A DNA stretch of 64,000 bases, taken from assembly GCA_951406725.2 (NCBI GenBank), contig OX597838.1:30256001-30320000 (forward strand), given 5' to 3'. Source of the DNA: Octopus vulgaris. Taxonomy: Eukaryota. Each line of letters starts with the position of its first letter. The first letter of the stretch is position 1. The notes under the pieces are model-generated. The model saw nothing but the letters and a program-made list of their open reading frames with translations. It was not told the DNA's origin and ran no database searches. Both the position numbers and the translations under genes were made by a program. Shown piece after piece: positions 29,725-42,196 of this stretch.

Positions 29725-30991
29725 GGGTGAGAGAGAGAGAGCAGCGCATGCCATCAAAGTGACACTGGGGTAAAATATACAAAGCCCAGTATACCCATCA
29801 TGATTACCCGTCTGATAAAGGTACACCAGGCACATGCATCACAACCATGTGTGCGTGACATGGTGATCACATATCAAGATAAACAGCGCATGACCTTGCA
29901 GGTGGAGCCCAGTTAGAGTTTGCTTCTGGTCGAGTAACCCATCCCGCTCAAATGGTCCCTGAATAAGGGTTGTTTAAGGATGTTGAATGAAACACCCATG
30001 TTCCCAGAGGTGAATAATTCAAACCCCAAAGAATCCATCCCTCTCAACACATGGCTATGATGCTCCTCTACTACTTCTGCTCATGATCAGAGATGCACAT
30101 ATCGTCAGCCACTAAGGGACATGCTCAACTGGTTAAGGTCAAACAACTGACAAGCAAATCTGTGGTATTGAGCAGAATATTTGCTGCAGCCCATCTTTTA
30201 TACCAAGACAAAACAATGTACATGATAACACTTCCAATCAGTTAAGATCAGAAGCCATGAGAGCCATTGATTGGAGAAACATGTAATAAAGTGTCTTAGC
30301 GACATTTCTTTCGTTTGTTATACTTGCCGGTCTTTGTTCTTGGAATCAGGGTAGGGTTAATAAGTTGTCGTCTGGGTCTGCGTGTGGATGTTGGGATGGG
30401 AGGACGATGCGTAGTTTGGAAAAAGATTTTGCAAGGAATTAAGGCTTCTGTCGTCTGCACGAGAGTGGCAAGTGTTCCATTGAATGTTTGGAAGGAAACT
30501 GGGCGGATGGAGAGGAAATCTGAGAGCACAGAGAAATTAACGAAGAGCAGGATGGAAAGAACTCTGTCAACGCATGCCAAGATGGTACGATCTGAGATGG
30601 TACCAATGTGACACGTGCTGACTGATCTAAGAGAACAGAGATGGGCGGAGATTATATAATTTGAAGATTTCATAGGAGATTCGGATCTTGTTAAATTTCT
30701 TCCAGCCATTTGAAGTTTTTCCACTTTTCACCCTAATAAATTTAAAAATTGTACATTTGACGTAGTTTTGTGTGGTGATGACGAAAATCCCATTCATTAT
30801 CTTTTCTATAAATAATTAATATAGAAGTTACAAGTAGACATGACCGTATGGTAAGAAGTTTGCTTCCCAACCACATGGTTCTGAGCTCAGTCCCACTGTG
30901 TGGACACTTCAGTGTCTTTTATAGCCTCGGGCCGACCAAATCCTTGTGAGTGGATTTGGTAGACAGAAACTGAAAGAAACTTGTCTTATAC

Positions 30992-32175
30992 CTTTATATA
31001 TATAAAACTGAGAATGTGTGTGTGTGTGTGTCTGTCTGTCTGTCTGTGTGTTTCCCTAAAACTTGAGAACTACACAACCAATTTCATTCAAATTCTACAC
31101 ATGCCTTACTTAGGGTCCGGGGAGTGTCATTGGCAAAAAAAAATTTGAACTTTTTGCCTAGGGCGAGCCCACAGCAATATCATATCTTCTCCACTACAAT
31201 TCCTTAAAACTTGAGAACTACACAACCAATTTCATTTAAATTTTACACATGCCTTACTTAGGGTCCATGTAGTTTCATGGGCAAAAAAGTTCAACTTCTT
31301 GCCTAGAGCGAGTCCATAGCAGTATCATATCTTCTCCACTATTTCAGTATTACGTGTTAAAAGTGAAACAAAAACGTTTCTCTATTTTATGTCAGATGCT
31401 TTCACTTTAACAATAAAAATAATAATAACAATTGAATTATATGTAGTAAGTAATAATTAAAATCAAACTAAAGTATAATATAATCGTAACATAACAAAAG
31501 TAAAAATAGCAATTGGTATAAAATTGCATCAATGACTTGAACTTGAATAAATGGTTTCACATGAATGGGAATAAATTAAAAATAAAATTAGCGTGCAGAA
31601 ATGGAATAGTCCAGATGGATAATAAAAAATTAAATTAAAGAAAAGACTATTGTTTATAAAGCATACAATGTAGAGAAAAAAGATTTGAACACATGGAGGA
31701 AAGCACCTTCGAAAAGTGTCTTGGTGCGACTATGAAAGACATCTAATCAGAGGCGGTAAATTCGCCACAATAGAAGCAAGGTTCGAGTCAACGGAGCGTG
31801 CAAGGGAGTACTCGACTCGAACTTGCAAAGTGGAAATATTTTATTTTTACCTTTATATCTGGGACATAGGACGCCGGAAAAAATTTAAAATCCCCCCCCC
31901 CGAAGTAGAAGTAGGCTGGATTGTAGCCACACTTCTATACAAGAGGGAGGACAAGATACAATTGATCGAAATTACTAGAGACGGGCTAACAATTCCAGCC
32001 TGTTATATATTTTGAATATTGTTATCACTAGCGATATCAAGATATAACTTTGTATTTTGTATTTTATGTGTAGATGTATATATATATAGATGTACATGTA
32101 ATATGTACACATATATATACACATATATACATGCACTAGCACTATGACCCGGCAACGACGGGTCTTTAATGCTAG
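30992..32175 (+). mobile_element. non-autonomous Helitron with an internal ~150 bp tandem duplication
   Basis: Start TTTATATATATAAAACTGAG, end hairpin GACCCGGCAACGACGGGTC + CTAG; repeat AAAACTTGAGAACTACACAACC at ~31058 and ~31205. Confidence 0.65.
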
Positions 32176-32196
32176 TATAATATATATATTGATATG

Positions 32197-32431
32197 GTGC
32201 ATAATTATTGCGGGTTTTTTTCAACAAATTTTATTCAACAAAAACAATAACATGTAATAAAAACATCTTTAAATGATTATTCCGGAGCATATTCACCATC
32301 TACTTCAGTTATTGCTTCTCATTTGCTTGGCAGAAGGTTAGACCGTCATTTAAAGATGTTTTTGTTAAATATTGTTATTGTTTTTGTTCAATAAAATTTG
32401 TTGAAAGAAGCCGCAATAATTATGCACCAAC

Positions 32432-32435
<4 letters not shown>
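32197..32435. mobile_element. mariner-derived MITE
   Basis: TIRs GGTGCATAATTATTGCGG ... CCGCAATAATTATGCACC, in a TA context. Confidence 0.75.
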
Positions 32436-32485
<50 letters not shown>

Positions 32486-33344
32486 AGGCGCACTCCGTCG
32501 GTTACGACGGCGAGGATCCCAGCTGATACGATCAACGGAACAGTTTGCTCGTGAAATTAATGTTCAAGTGGCTGAGCACTCCGCAGATACGTGTACCCTT
32601 AACATAGTTCTTAGGGAGATTCAGTGTGACACAGAATGGGACAAGGCTTGCCCCTTTGAATTGCAGGTACAACTTATTTTTGCCAGGTGAGTGGACTGGA
32701 GAAACATGTAATAAAGTGTCTTGCTCAACGCGCTGCCGGGAATTGAACTCAAGACCTTACGATCGTAAACTGATTACCCTAACCACTAAGCCACGCACCT
32801 TCACACAAACATACACACATATATATATATACGTGTGTGTGTGTGTTTATGTCTGCTCCCACCATCGCTTGACAACTGGTGTTAGGGTGTTTACGTCCCT
32901 GTAACTTAGCGGTTCAGCAAAAAAACTAATAGCATAAGTATCATGCTTTTAAAAAAATAAGTGCTGAGGTCGATTCATTTGACTAAAATTTCTTCAAGAC
33001 TGTGCTCCAGCATGGCCATAGACAAATGACTGAAACAAGTAAAAGATAAAAGAATTTTAGCTCATCGGAAGCCTCATTTACAGACATATCAGAAGTCGCG
33101 ACTGTTTCATAGCAGACATAGTTGAAGGTTTTGCTGATGCGTGGTTTAGAAACGTTTGAATGACAGTTTTCATCTTCTGCACACAAAAAGGGAGTTTATA
33201 GTATATAATGGCAAGGAGGTCATTTAACGAAAAGTTGGAGAGGAGTCGCAGAAGACGGAGAAAGTTTAACGAAAATAGGCTGGTCGTTGTTGTTATTGTT
33301 GTTGTTATTGCAATTGTTTTTGTTATTGTAATTGTTTTTGTTGC

Positions 33345-33377
<33 letters not shown>

Positions 33378-33919
33378 TTGTTAAGCAACAAGATGGGTAA
33401 GGGTGATTAGGTGATGGTCTAGGACTTAGGGGGGTGGGAGACCCCAGACCTTGGAAAAGGGAAAAAAAACTTTGGTCGTCTTGTTGCAGTCGAGGGCTCT
33501 TCGTTGACGCCCGACACCACTGGGAGGTGGCCCCTCGAAGTCGCTGGAAATGGAGATCTCCAGGTCCAAATTCTTGAACGGCTGTTGTTGTTGTTGTTGT
33601 TGTTGGCGGCCGTGGTGGTGGTGGTGGTGTTGGTGGTGGTGGTGGTGCTGCTGCTATTGTTTGTGGGTTGGAGCACTCCCCCTCCTGTTTGGTCTGTTCA
33701 CATTCCGCTCCAATCACTCAGCGTTGATTAAGCGGCTGTTTCTTCTCTTGTTACGGCTTTCGCTGCTGCACGTGCTGCCGGTGCTGCCGCCTGTTGTTCA
33801 AAAAGGAAACAGAATTATGACTGGATTACAAGTGGGAGAGGCAGAACACAGCGGTGGGCTGTGCATCAACGCCACAACATCAACACAAACAGAACAAATA
33901 TATGTTGTCGTTTTTGTTT

Positions 33920-34320
33920 AGCCCATGGACATGTTTGATCGAGCAGAGACAGGATCAAAGCTTGCTTCATGCCAACTTGTCCAAAGTTATGTTTGATCAA
34001 AGAAAGCCAAGTTCAAAAGCGCTCCAGCTTGTGACCGATCCATCTTGTCCTAGGTTATGTTTGATGAAGCACAGTCAGGCTCAAAGGCGCTCCAACCTGT
34101 GATCATCCTTACTTGCGCAAGGTCATATTTGATCGAGAAGACCTACGTTCAAAAGCGCTCCAGGTTGTGATCATCCCGTCTTGTCCAAGGTCATATTTAA
34201 TCAAGCAGAAACAGGTGCAAAAGTACTCCAACTATGACCATCCCGTCTTGTCCAAGGTCATATTTAATCGAGCAGACATAGGTGCAAAAGTGCTCCAACT
34301 ATGACCATCCGGTCTTGTTG
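33920..34320. repeat. degenerate ~67-68 bp minisatellite (~6 units)
   Basis: TTGTCCAAGGTCATATTTGATC-like anchors at ~33977, 34045, 34113, 34181 and 34248. Confidence 0.8.
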
Positions 34321-34737
34321 TGTAAGCCGATATCATGCAATGTGAACTTACCTGTCCTCTATGACGGGAAGGTGTAATCTGAGAGAGAGTTGGCTGCTAT
34401 TTCTAGCAAGTTAAGAGACCACGCAGACCAGTCATGGGCAATCTGAATGACACATCGAAGCGAACATTTACCTTGAATTCTTTTTAGTAGTGCTGCCCGC
34501 CTATCTCGCGCGGGCCGCTTCTTGAAAAATGTTGCGCATACCCAAAGCAGGTTCTTTATTGTTTACTCATCTCTACCACCCAACCCTTATAGAACACGCG
34601 CGCGCACACACACACATATACACACACATACATACACACACATTCATATACATACATATATACATACACATACATACACACACATTCATATACACACATA
34701 TATACACACACATATATACATATGCATTTACACACAA

Positions 34738-35135
34738 GTTTGGCTGTTTGGTAAGAAACTTGCTTCCCAACCATATTGTTCCGGGTTCAGTCCCGCTGCG
34801 TGGCACCTTGGGCAAGTGTCTTCTACTATAGCCTCGGGCCGACCAAAGCCTTGTGAGTGGATTTGGTAGACAGAAACTGAAAGGCGGCGAGCTGGCAGAA
34901 ACGTTAGCACGTCGGCGAAATGCTTAGCCGTATTTCGTCCGCCGTTACGTTCTGAGTTCAAATTCCGCCGAGGTCGACTTTGCCTTTCATCCTTTCGGGG
35001 TCGATTAAATAAGTACTAGTTACGCACTGGGGTCGATATAATCGACTTAATCCGTTTGTCTGTCCTTGTTTGTCTTCTCTGTGTTTAGCCCCCTGTGGGT
35101 AGTAAAGAAATAAGAAACTGAAAGAAGCCTTTCGT
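34738..35135 (+). mobile_element. family 1 SINE interrupted by a MetaSINE (34882-35112)
   Basis: The host SINE resumes after the insert; AGAAACTGAAAG is duplicated on both sides (target-site duplication). Confidence 0.8.
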
Positions 35136-35136
35136 A

Positions 35137-35179
<43 letters not shown>

Positions 35180-36039
35180 GCATTCAATGGAACTGGACCA
35201 CGCGGTTACAAAGCAAGTGTCTAAGTTGTACGGTCACGCAGTTTTGAAGATTTAGTAAAAGCAAATTTATAAATTTAATTTATATGCAATTAGAACCGTT
35301 GATGGTTTTTCCGATCTCCTTTCCGAATTCCGATTTTTAACAAATTTTTACTTACATAAAGCATTGCCTGTGATAAATACAGGGTGTGTGGTACACAGGG
35401 GCGCTCTTACACGTAGGATATAATATAACATTCGTGTAGGTTACGGATACCGTATACGCCGGAGTATAAGATGAGCTTTCTTTATTATTCTTTAAATGTC
35501 ATAACAAAATTTGATAGGCATCTAATGCGGCTGCATTACAAATGGGACGGCGAGTGTATGAAGGTACGATTTGGCCAGGTGTCGGCGCATGCGTTGTTGC
35601 AGCGCGTTGCTGCATTTATCATTTGTCGGTATATTCTTTGGTCGGCGAGTTGGCAGAGACGTTAGTACGCTGGACGAAATGCTTAGCGGTATTTCGTCTT
35701 GCCGCTACGTTCTGAGTTCAAATTCCGCCGAGGTCGACTTTGCCGTTCATCCTTTCAGGGTCGATTAAATAAGTACCAGTTGCGCACTGGGGTCGATATA
35801 ATCGACTTAATGCATTTGTCTGTCTTTGTTTGTCCTCTCTGTGTTTGGCCCCTTGTGGGTAGTAAAGAAATAGGTATTTCGTCTGCCGTTACGTTATGAG
35901 TTCAAATTCCGCCGAGGTCGACTTGCCTTTCATCCTTTCGGGATCGATAAATTAAGGAGCAGTTGCATACTGGGGTCGAACTAATCGACTGACCTCCTCC
36001 CCCAAAATTTCGGGCCCTGTGCCTAGAGTAGAAAAGGGT

Positions 36040-36490
36040 GTATTCCTTGGTCCGCCTGGGTGATCCGTTGGGCAGAGTCCCTGTCGGGCCCCATCTCCGT
36101 GAGAAACCTCTTCATCTGTCATGATCATTGGACATGTGGTCGACCAACGCGAGCCATTAATCCAGCCGAATCTTCTGTGAAGAGAACTCGATAAGCAGGG
36201 TTCAACTCGGAAAATCGAAGAACATGGCCGAACAGTCTCTGAGCTGGCATTTTCAAATCTTACAAGTAACGGGGGCATCCCAGTCTTTGGGTAGGGTTGT
36301 TGGTTGCATATGAAATATGACCATTGGTAACCCATAATCCAGTGAGGCATCCATGTGCCAAAGGTGTTCAGGCGGCTCTTAACGACTCCCGGATTGTGTC
36401 CAAGTCTCACAACTGTAGAGCAGGACCTGAAGACCGGAAGACTGGAAGCTTTGTGCTCCCGCTCAGAAATCGGTGGCACCAAGAACCCTG
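36040..36490 (-). pseudogene. degraded RTE-clade LINE fragment (region C-terminal to RT)
   Basis: Frameshifted translation TKLPVFRS..VLLYSCETWT..RLNTFG..GYQW..CNQ..QLRLFGHVLR..RVGRP matches RTE motifs (LLYGCETW, LRWFGHV, RGRP). Confidence 0.75.
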
Positions 36491-37489
36491 TATACATACA
36501 CACATCCATCGATCGATCGACCGATCCATACATACATACATACACACACATACAATTTAACACACAAACATACGCATACACACACATGCATGTGCAGGAG
36601 TGGCTGTGTGGTAAGTAGCTTGTTTACCAGCCACATGGTTCCGGGTTCAGTCCCACTGCGTGGCACCTTGGGCAAGTGTCTTCTACTATAGCCTCGGGCC
36701 GACCAAAGCCTTGTGAGTGGATTTGGTAGACAGAAACTGAAAGAAGCCCGTCGTATATATGTATATATATATATATGTGTGTTTGTGTGTCTGTGTTTGT
36801 CCCCCTAGCATTGCTTGACAACCAATGCTGGTGTGTTTACCTCCCCGTCACTTAGCGGTTCGGCAAAAGAGACCGATAGAATAAGTATTGGGCTTACAAA
36901 AAGAATGAGTAAAAGAGAGAGAGTATGCATATATCTACGTATGTGAATCTTGTTTTTGTGCTTTCCTCAGCCGCCACCTCTCCACCCTACCACCGCCTGA
37001 CAACCAGTGTTGGTGTGTTTATGTCCTACGTAACCTAGCGGTTCGGCAAGTGACACCGACAGAATAAGAACCAAGTAAAAAAAAAAAATAATAATAATAA
37101 TAATAAGTACTTGGGTTGATTCGTCCGACTAAAAAATTCTTCAAGGCTGGGTGCCCCAGCATGGCCGCAGTCTAATGGCAGAAACAAGTAATAGATAAAA
37201 GATATATATTAGAGAAGATAAAAGTGTCGGCCAGCCAGTAAATGCCAGCACAAAGGCAAGTCATTTCCGCAAGCAAATAAATCCAGATTGGGTGCATTGA
37301 TAGGAAGACACGTCAGCTCATATCTAATAACATATGCTGAAGCCACAGAAAATACTTATATGAATATTAAAACAAACAGAAGAGGAAATATCTGGCAGAG
37401 TTTCAGAGAATTATTTATTAAATGACTATTGTTTTAATCACACAGTCAGAAATAGTCACTGTGTCTCTGTTTCTGTATCGCTGTATGGC

Positions 37490-38065
37490 GGAGGCGCAAT
37501 GGCCCAGTGGTTAGGGCAGCGGACTCGCGGTCATAGGATCGCGGTTTCGATTCCCAGACCGGGCGTTGTGAGTGTTTATTTGAGGAAATACCACCAGAAC
37601 GAGCAGTAGTCGAGGGTTTTGCTCACGGTGTAGGACACAACAATACTTGTTTGTTATTTATTCTATATCTAGTGTAGTGGAGGTGCAATGGCCCAGTGGT
37701 TAGGGCAGCGGACTCGCGGTCGTAGGATCGCGGTTTCGATTCCCAGACCGGGCGTTGTGAGTGTTTATTGAGCGAAAACACCTAAAACTCCACGAGGCTC
37801 CGGCAGGGGATGGTGGTGATCCCTGCTGTACTCTTTCACCACAACTTTCTCTCACTCTTACTTCCTGTTTCTGTTGCACCTGTTTTTCAAAGGGCCGGCC
37901 TTGTCACTCTCTGTGTCACGCTGAATATCCCCGAGAACTACGTTAAGGGTACACGTGTCTGTGGAGTGCTCAGCCACTTACACGTTAATTTCACGAGCAG
38001 GCTGTTCCGTTGATTCGGTTCAACCAGAACCCTCGTCATCGTAACCGACGGAGTGCTTCCATCCA
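37490..38065 (+). mobile_element. composite family 2 SINE (head + ~97 bp foreign segment + full SINE)
   Basis: Two SINE heads (37490 and 37678); TCGCTGTAT flanks the whole composite. Confidence 0.8.
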
Positions 38066-38538
38066 TCCCGTCGCTGTATATTCAATGTTTTAACGCAAAG
38101 CAATGTGAAACACCATGTACGCTGCTCAACTTCTCAAAGACTGGAATTAATAGGGGCCTTAACGTGTCAAAAACTTAACATGTCAAAAACTTAACATGTC
38201 GTTCGCTACGTAAGTTCCACCATCTCTACAAAATCCGACTCTTTTCTTAGCGGTTTCTCGTGGTTTCTAAGCAAAAACCCTATAGAAACATGCATATGCT
38301 TACTTAGGTGCAGGTGTGATTGTGTGCTAAGAAGCTTGTTTCCAAATCACATGGTTTTCGGTTCAGTCCCACTGCGTGACATTTTGGGCAAGTGTCTTTT
38401 AATATAGCTTCAGACCGACCAAAGCCTTGTGAGTGGATTTAATTGGCGGAAACTGAAAAAAGCCCATCTGACCGCGTGTGTACCGTTGGCGTTTCTTTCC
38501 CCTCTGTCTTCCCTTCTCTGGATCTTTCCTTCTCCTAT

Positions 38539-38573
38539 GTTTCCGACGAAGAGCTCCGCTCGAAACGTTAAAC
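38539..38573 (+). ncRNA. minimal hammerhead-like motif (variant core CCGACGA) in a Penelope-like repeat
   Basis: GTTT-CCGACGA-A-GAGC(TCC)GCTC-GAAACGTT-AAAC; identical copy on the minus strand at 51961-51995. Confidence 0.65.
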
Positions 38574-38682
38574 CCTCCTTCTTTCCTTCTTTCCTGAGCG
38601 TCCAATAATATTATATTTGTTCCACATGTCCTCGCGTTGTTGTGTTTTTTTGTGCTTTCTTGTTTGGATTAAGTTTATATAC

Positions 38683-38732
<50 letters not shown>

Positions 38733-38808
38733 CCCGTGGGCAAAATGTTTGTCTTTATATCCTTTAAACTTGCTGCCTAAAACACCATAGAATACAATCC
38801 CTTTAACC

Positions 38809-39399
38809 TTAATCATCAGACATAGGAAATATTCCTGTTCTTCCTGGCCAAACGAAAGCAGCGGGGTTGATCTCAATGGACTCGGCCAAAAGTCGGGTCC
38901 ATTCTACATGCGACAACAGTTGCTTGTAAACGCCACACGCCAGCAGCGCTCGGCTTCGTGGTTCAGCGCTCACCTCAAGCAGACTCATAAGACGGCACTT
39001 TACCTCCCCAATAACCACCCCAACACCCGGTAGCCGTGGCAGGGGAGGAATTCTGGACTTGCGCAACAGGGTGAGAAGTTCTTCAGAATAATCTAATTTA
39101 ATGGTTGTCGTTGTATCACTGACTTCATTGTCCGACTGATTGAGGACTTCGAGCCCTTGATATTCCAGAGGTGAATAGCTTAACCATGGTCTCGGCTTCA
39201 TCCAAGCCTGAAGCTCTGTCAAAGGGACGAGCTGTGGGAAGACAGGCCTGACAAATGGCGGTTGCCGCCATCTTGATCATCGCCGCATTTTCCATTTCAT
39301 TGGGTGTCTGTGTAACGTCGGCTTCTGCATACCGAGCCAGTCCGTGTAGAGGGGGTGGCCAGCTTGGAAAGACTTCTTACAAGTGGAACCTGATCCATC
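38809..39399 (-). pseudogene. unidentified, frameshifted protein-coding-like island
   Basis: Non-repetitive, balanced-GC sequence; a 137-aa open stretch plus two upstream open stretches joinable by single-base frameshifts. No recognised motif. Confidence 0.35.
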
Positions 39400-39722
39400 T
39401 ACAAGAAACGATGAAGATTTCCCCAATTTGGTCAAGAAAAAAAGGAAAACAACAAACATTTATGTAAGAAACGACAATCAGACGATAATAAATGGCGGAA
39501 GCAACGTAGGTGTTTGTGAGGGTTGACTGATGGCGGAGGCGGCGGCGTCGACAATGATGGTGCCGACAATGACAGCGTTGGCGGTGATGGTGGCGGTAGT
39601 GGTAGTGGAGGCGGTGATGAAAGTGGCGGCAGCGGCCACGGCGGCGGTGGTAGTGGTGGTGGTGGTGGTGGTGGTAGGAGACAGAACAATTGCAGACATT
39701 GATACCACCATTGCTTTTGCTC

Positions 39723-39757
<35 letters not shown>

Positions 39758-41536
39758 AATGATGATGATGAGTCTTAATACCAACGACGGTAGCACGGAC
39801 TCGTGCACCGCCCCTAGTGGCCAACCATCTCCTACTACTCCCCTGGTTTCGTCAGATACTACAATAGACGCCATGTTGTTGTAAGGTTTTAATTCTTTTT
39901 TTTATTCAGTTCTAAAATAAAACCCGATTCTAAACACAATTTCGCCTTTATTGTTGTCGCTAAATTATTTCTCAATGTGACCAGGCATCACGTTGTGAAA
40001 CAAAATATTTCATAATAGAATAACTAAGTCAGGAGTAAAACTGAATTTTCCCCCAAACAATACAGGGCATCTCACAACAGCAATGGCTTCTGATTATAGC
40101 ACAAAGTCTGTAATATTGAGGGGAGGGGTTTAGTCGATATCATCGATTCCAATACTTCACTGGAAAGGATGAAAGGCAAAGCTAACTTCGGCGGAATTTG
40201 AACTCAAGATATAAAGATCTGGAAGAAATACCGCACAGCATTTTGTCCGGCGCTCTTACGCTTCTGCCAGCCTCACCAACTTACGAGAATTCTTTCTAGT
40301 TTTGGCACAAAGCCAGGAGTTTTGAGGTGGGGAGGGTGCAGTTGATTACGGCGCCTGACCCCAGTATATGACTGGTACATATTTTATCGATTTCGCAAAG
40401 ATGGAAGTCGAAGTCGATCCCGGTGGGATTTGAACACAAAATGTAAGAAAGCCGGATGAAATAGTACACGGCATTTAATCCGACGCTCTGACGATTCTGC
40501 CGGCTCACCGACCTATAATAACTATTTTTAAGGCGGTGAACTGGCAGAATCTTTAGCGTGCCGGACAAAATGTTAAGCAGCATTTCTTCCGACATTAAAT
40601 TCTGACTTCAAATTCGGCCGAGGTTGACTTGCCCTTTCATCTTTTCAGGGTCGAGAAAATAAGTACCAGTTGCATATTGAGGCCGATGTAATCAACTTAC
40701 ACTCTTCCCCAGTAATTGCTGGCCCCAAAACACTTATAACCAAAGCCTTTCCAGCCGTGGCCAATCCGTCTTTTATTTTTATATACTATATCTACGACTA
40801 CATTATCTATTTTATCTTCCCTTATTGCTACCATTATTACATCGACCCCAGTGCGTAACTGGTACTTATTTAATCGACCCTGAAAGGATGAAAGACAAAG
40901 TCGACCTCGGCATAATTTGAACTCAGAACGTAGCGGCAGACGAAATACCTATTTCTTTACTACCCACAAGGGGATAGAACACAGAGAGGACAAACAAAGA
41001 CAGACAAACGGATTAAGTCGATTATATCGACCCCAGTGCGTAACTGGTACTTAATTTATCGACCACGGAAGGATGAAAGGTAAAGTCGACCTCGGCGAAA
41101 TTTGAACTCAGAACGTAACGGCAGACGAAATACGGCTACGCATTTCGCCCGGCGTGCTAACGTTTCTGCCAGCTCGCCGCCTTAGACGTAAGTAAAATTA
41201 CATAAAAATTTTTCTTCTGGCAGCACTGGATCTGTCCAATGTAATGGCTGTGTAAATAGATTCGCATAAATAAATACATCAAAACAGATTCAATAAAACT
41301 TTTGAATTCAAAGAATCTATGATTTCCTTCCTTTCAAATCAAGGAGACCAACGTCGACGTAAATAAATACTTTTGGGGGGGTAATTGGCTAAGAAAAGTT
41401 CCGATCCCTGAATCAGTTATAGTTTCCTTCCCTCATTCCCCACCCTCCCCAGAACCAATCTCAGAAAACTCTCTCTTAACCTCTCCCCCCTCTCTCTTCT
41501 GACCAAGCCACACACACACACAGACACACTAGATAT

Positions 41537-41921
41537 GGAAGCACTCCGTCGGTTACGACGACGAGGGTTCCGGTTGATCCGAATCAACGGAACAGCCTGC
41601 TCGTGAAATTAACGTGTAAGTGGCTGAGCACTCCACAGACACGTGTACCCTTAACGTAGTTCTCGGGGGAGATTCGGCGTGACACAGAGAGTGACGAGGC
41701 CGACCCTTTGAAATACAGGTACAACAGAAACAGGAAGTAAGAGTGAGAGAAAGTTGTGGCGAAAGTGTACAGCAGGGATCACCACCATCCCTTGCCGGAG
41801 CCTCGTTGAGCTTTTAGGTGTTTTCGCTCAATAAACACTCACAGCTCCCGGTCTGGGAATCGAAACCGCGATCCTACGACCGCGAGTCCGCTGCCCTAAC
41901 CACTGGGCCATTGCGCCTCCA
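41537..41921 (-). mobile_element. tRNA-derived SINE, family 2, with target-site duplication
   Basis: ACACTAGATAT at 41526-41536 and 41924-41934. Confidence 0.88.
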
Positions 41922-42163
41922 CTACACTAGATATAGAATAAATCACAAACAAGTATTGTTGTGTCCTACACCGTGAGCAAAACCCTCGACTACTGCTCGT
42001 TCTGGTGGTATTTCCTCAAATTATGTTTGATTAATCTTAGCGACGGAAGAATGCTAAAGGTTGTTGTTGTTGTTGTTGTTGCTGATGTTATTGACTACGT
42101 TCTGAGTATGCATGTGTACATGATATACATACATACACACATACATATATATACATATATGTG

Positions 42164-42196
<33 letters not shown>

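Noticed and set aside
33208-33384. 58-aa + strand ORF with a basic N-terminus and hydrophobic tail
   Set aside because: The hydrophobic stretch is simply a (GTT)n microsatellite; no other support.
33920-34320. CRISPR-like periodic repeat (also 15090-15240)
   Set aside because: The units are degenerate along their whole length, with no unique spacers or cas genes; eukaryotic minisatellite and transposon subterminal repeats.
35952-36587. 211-aa ORF as a host exon
   Set aside because: Out-of-frame mosaic of a decayed RTE LINE, a SINE and microsatellite.
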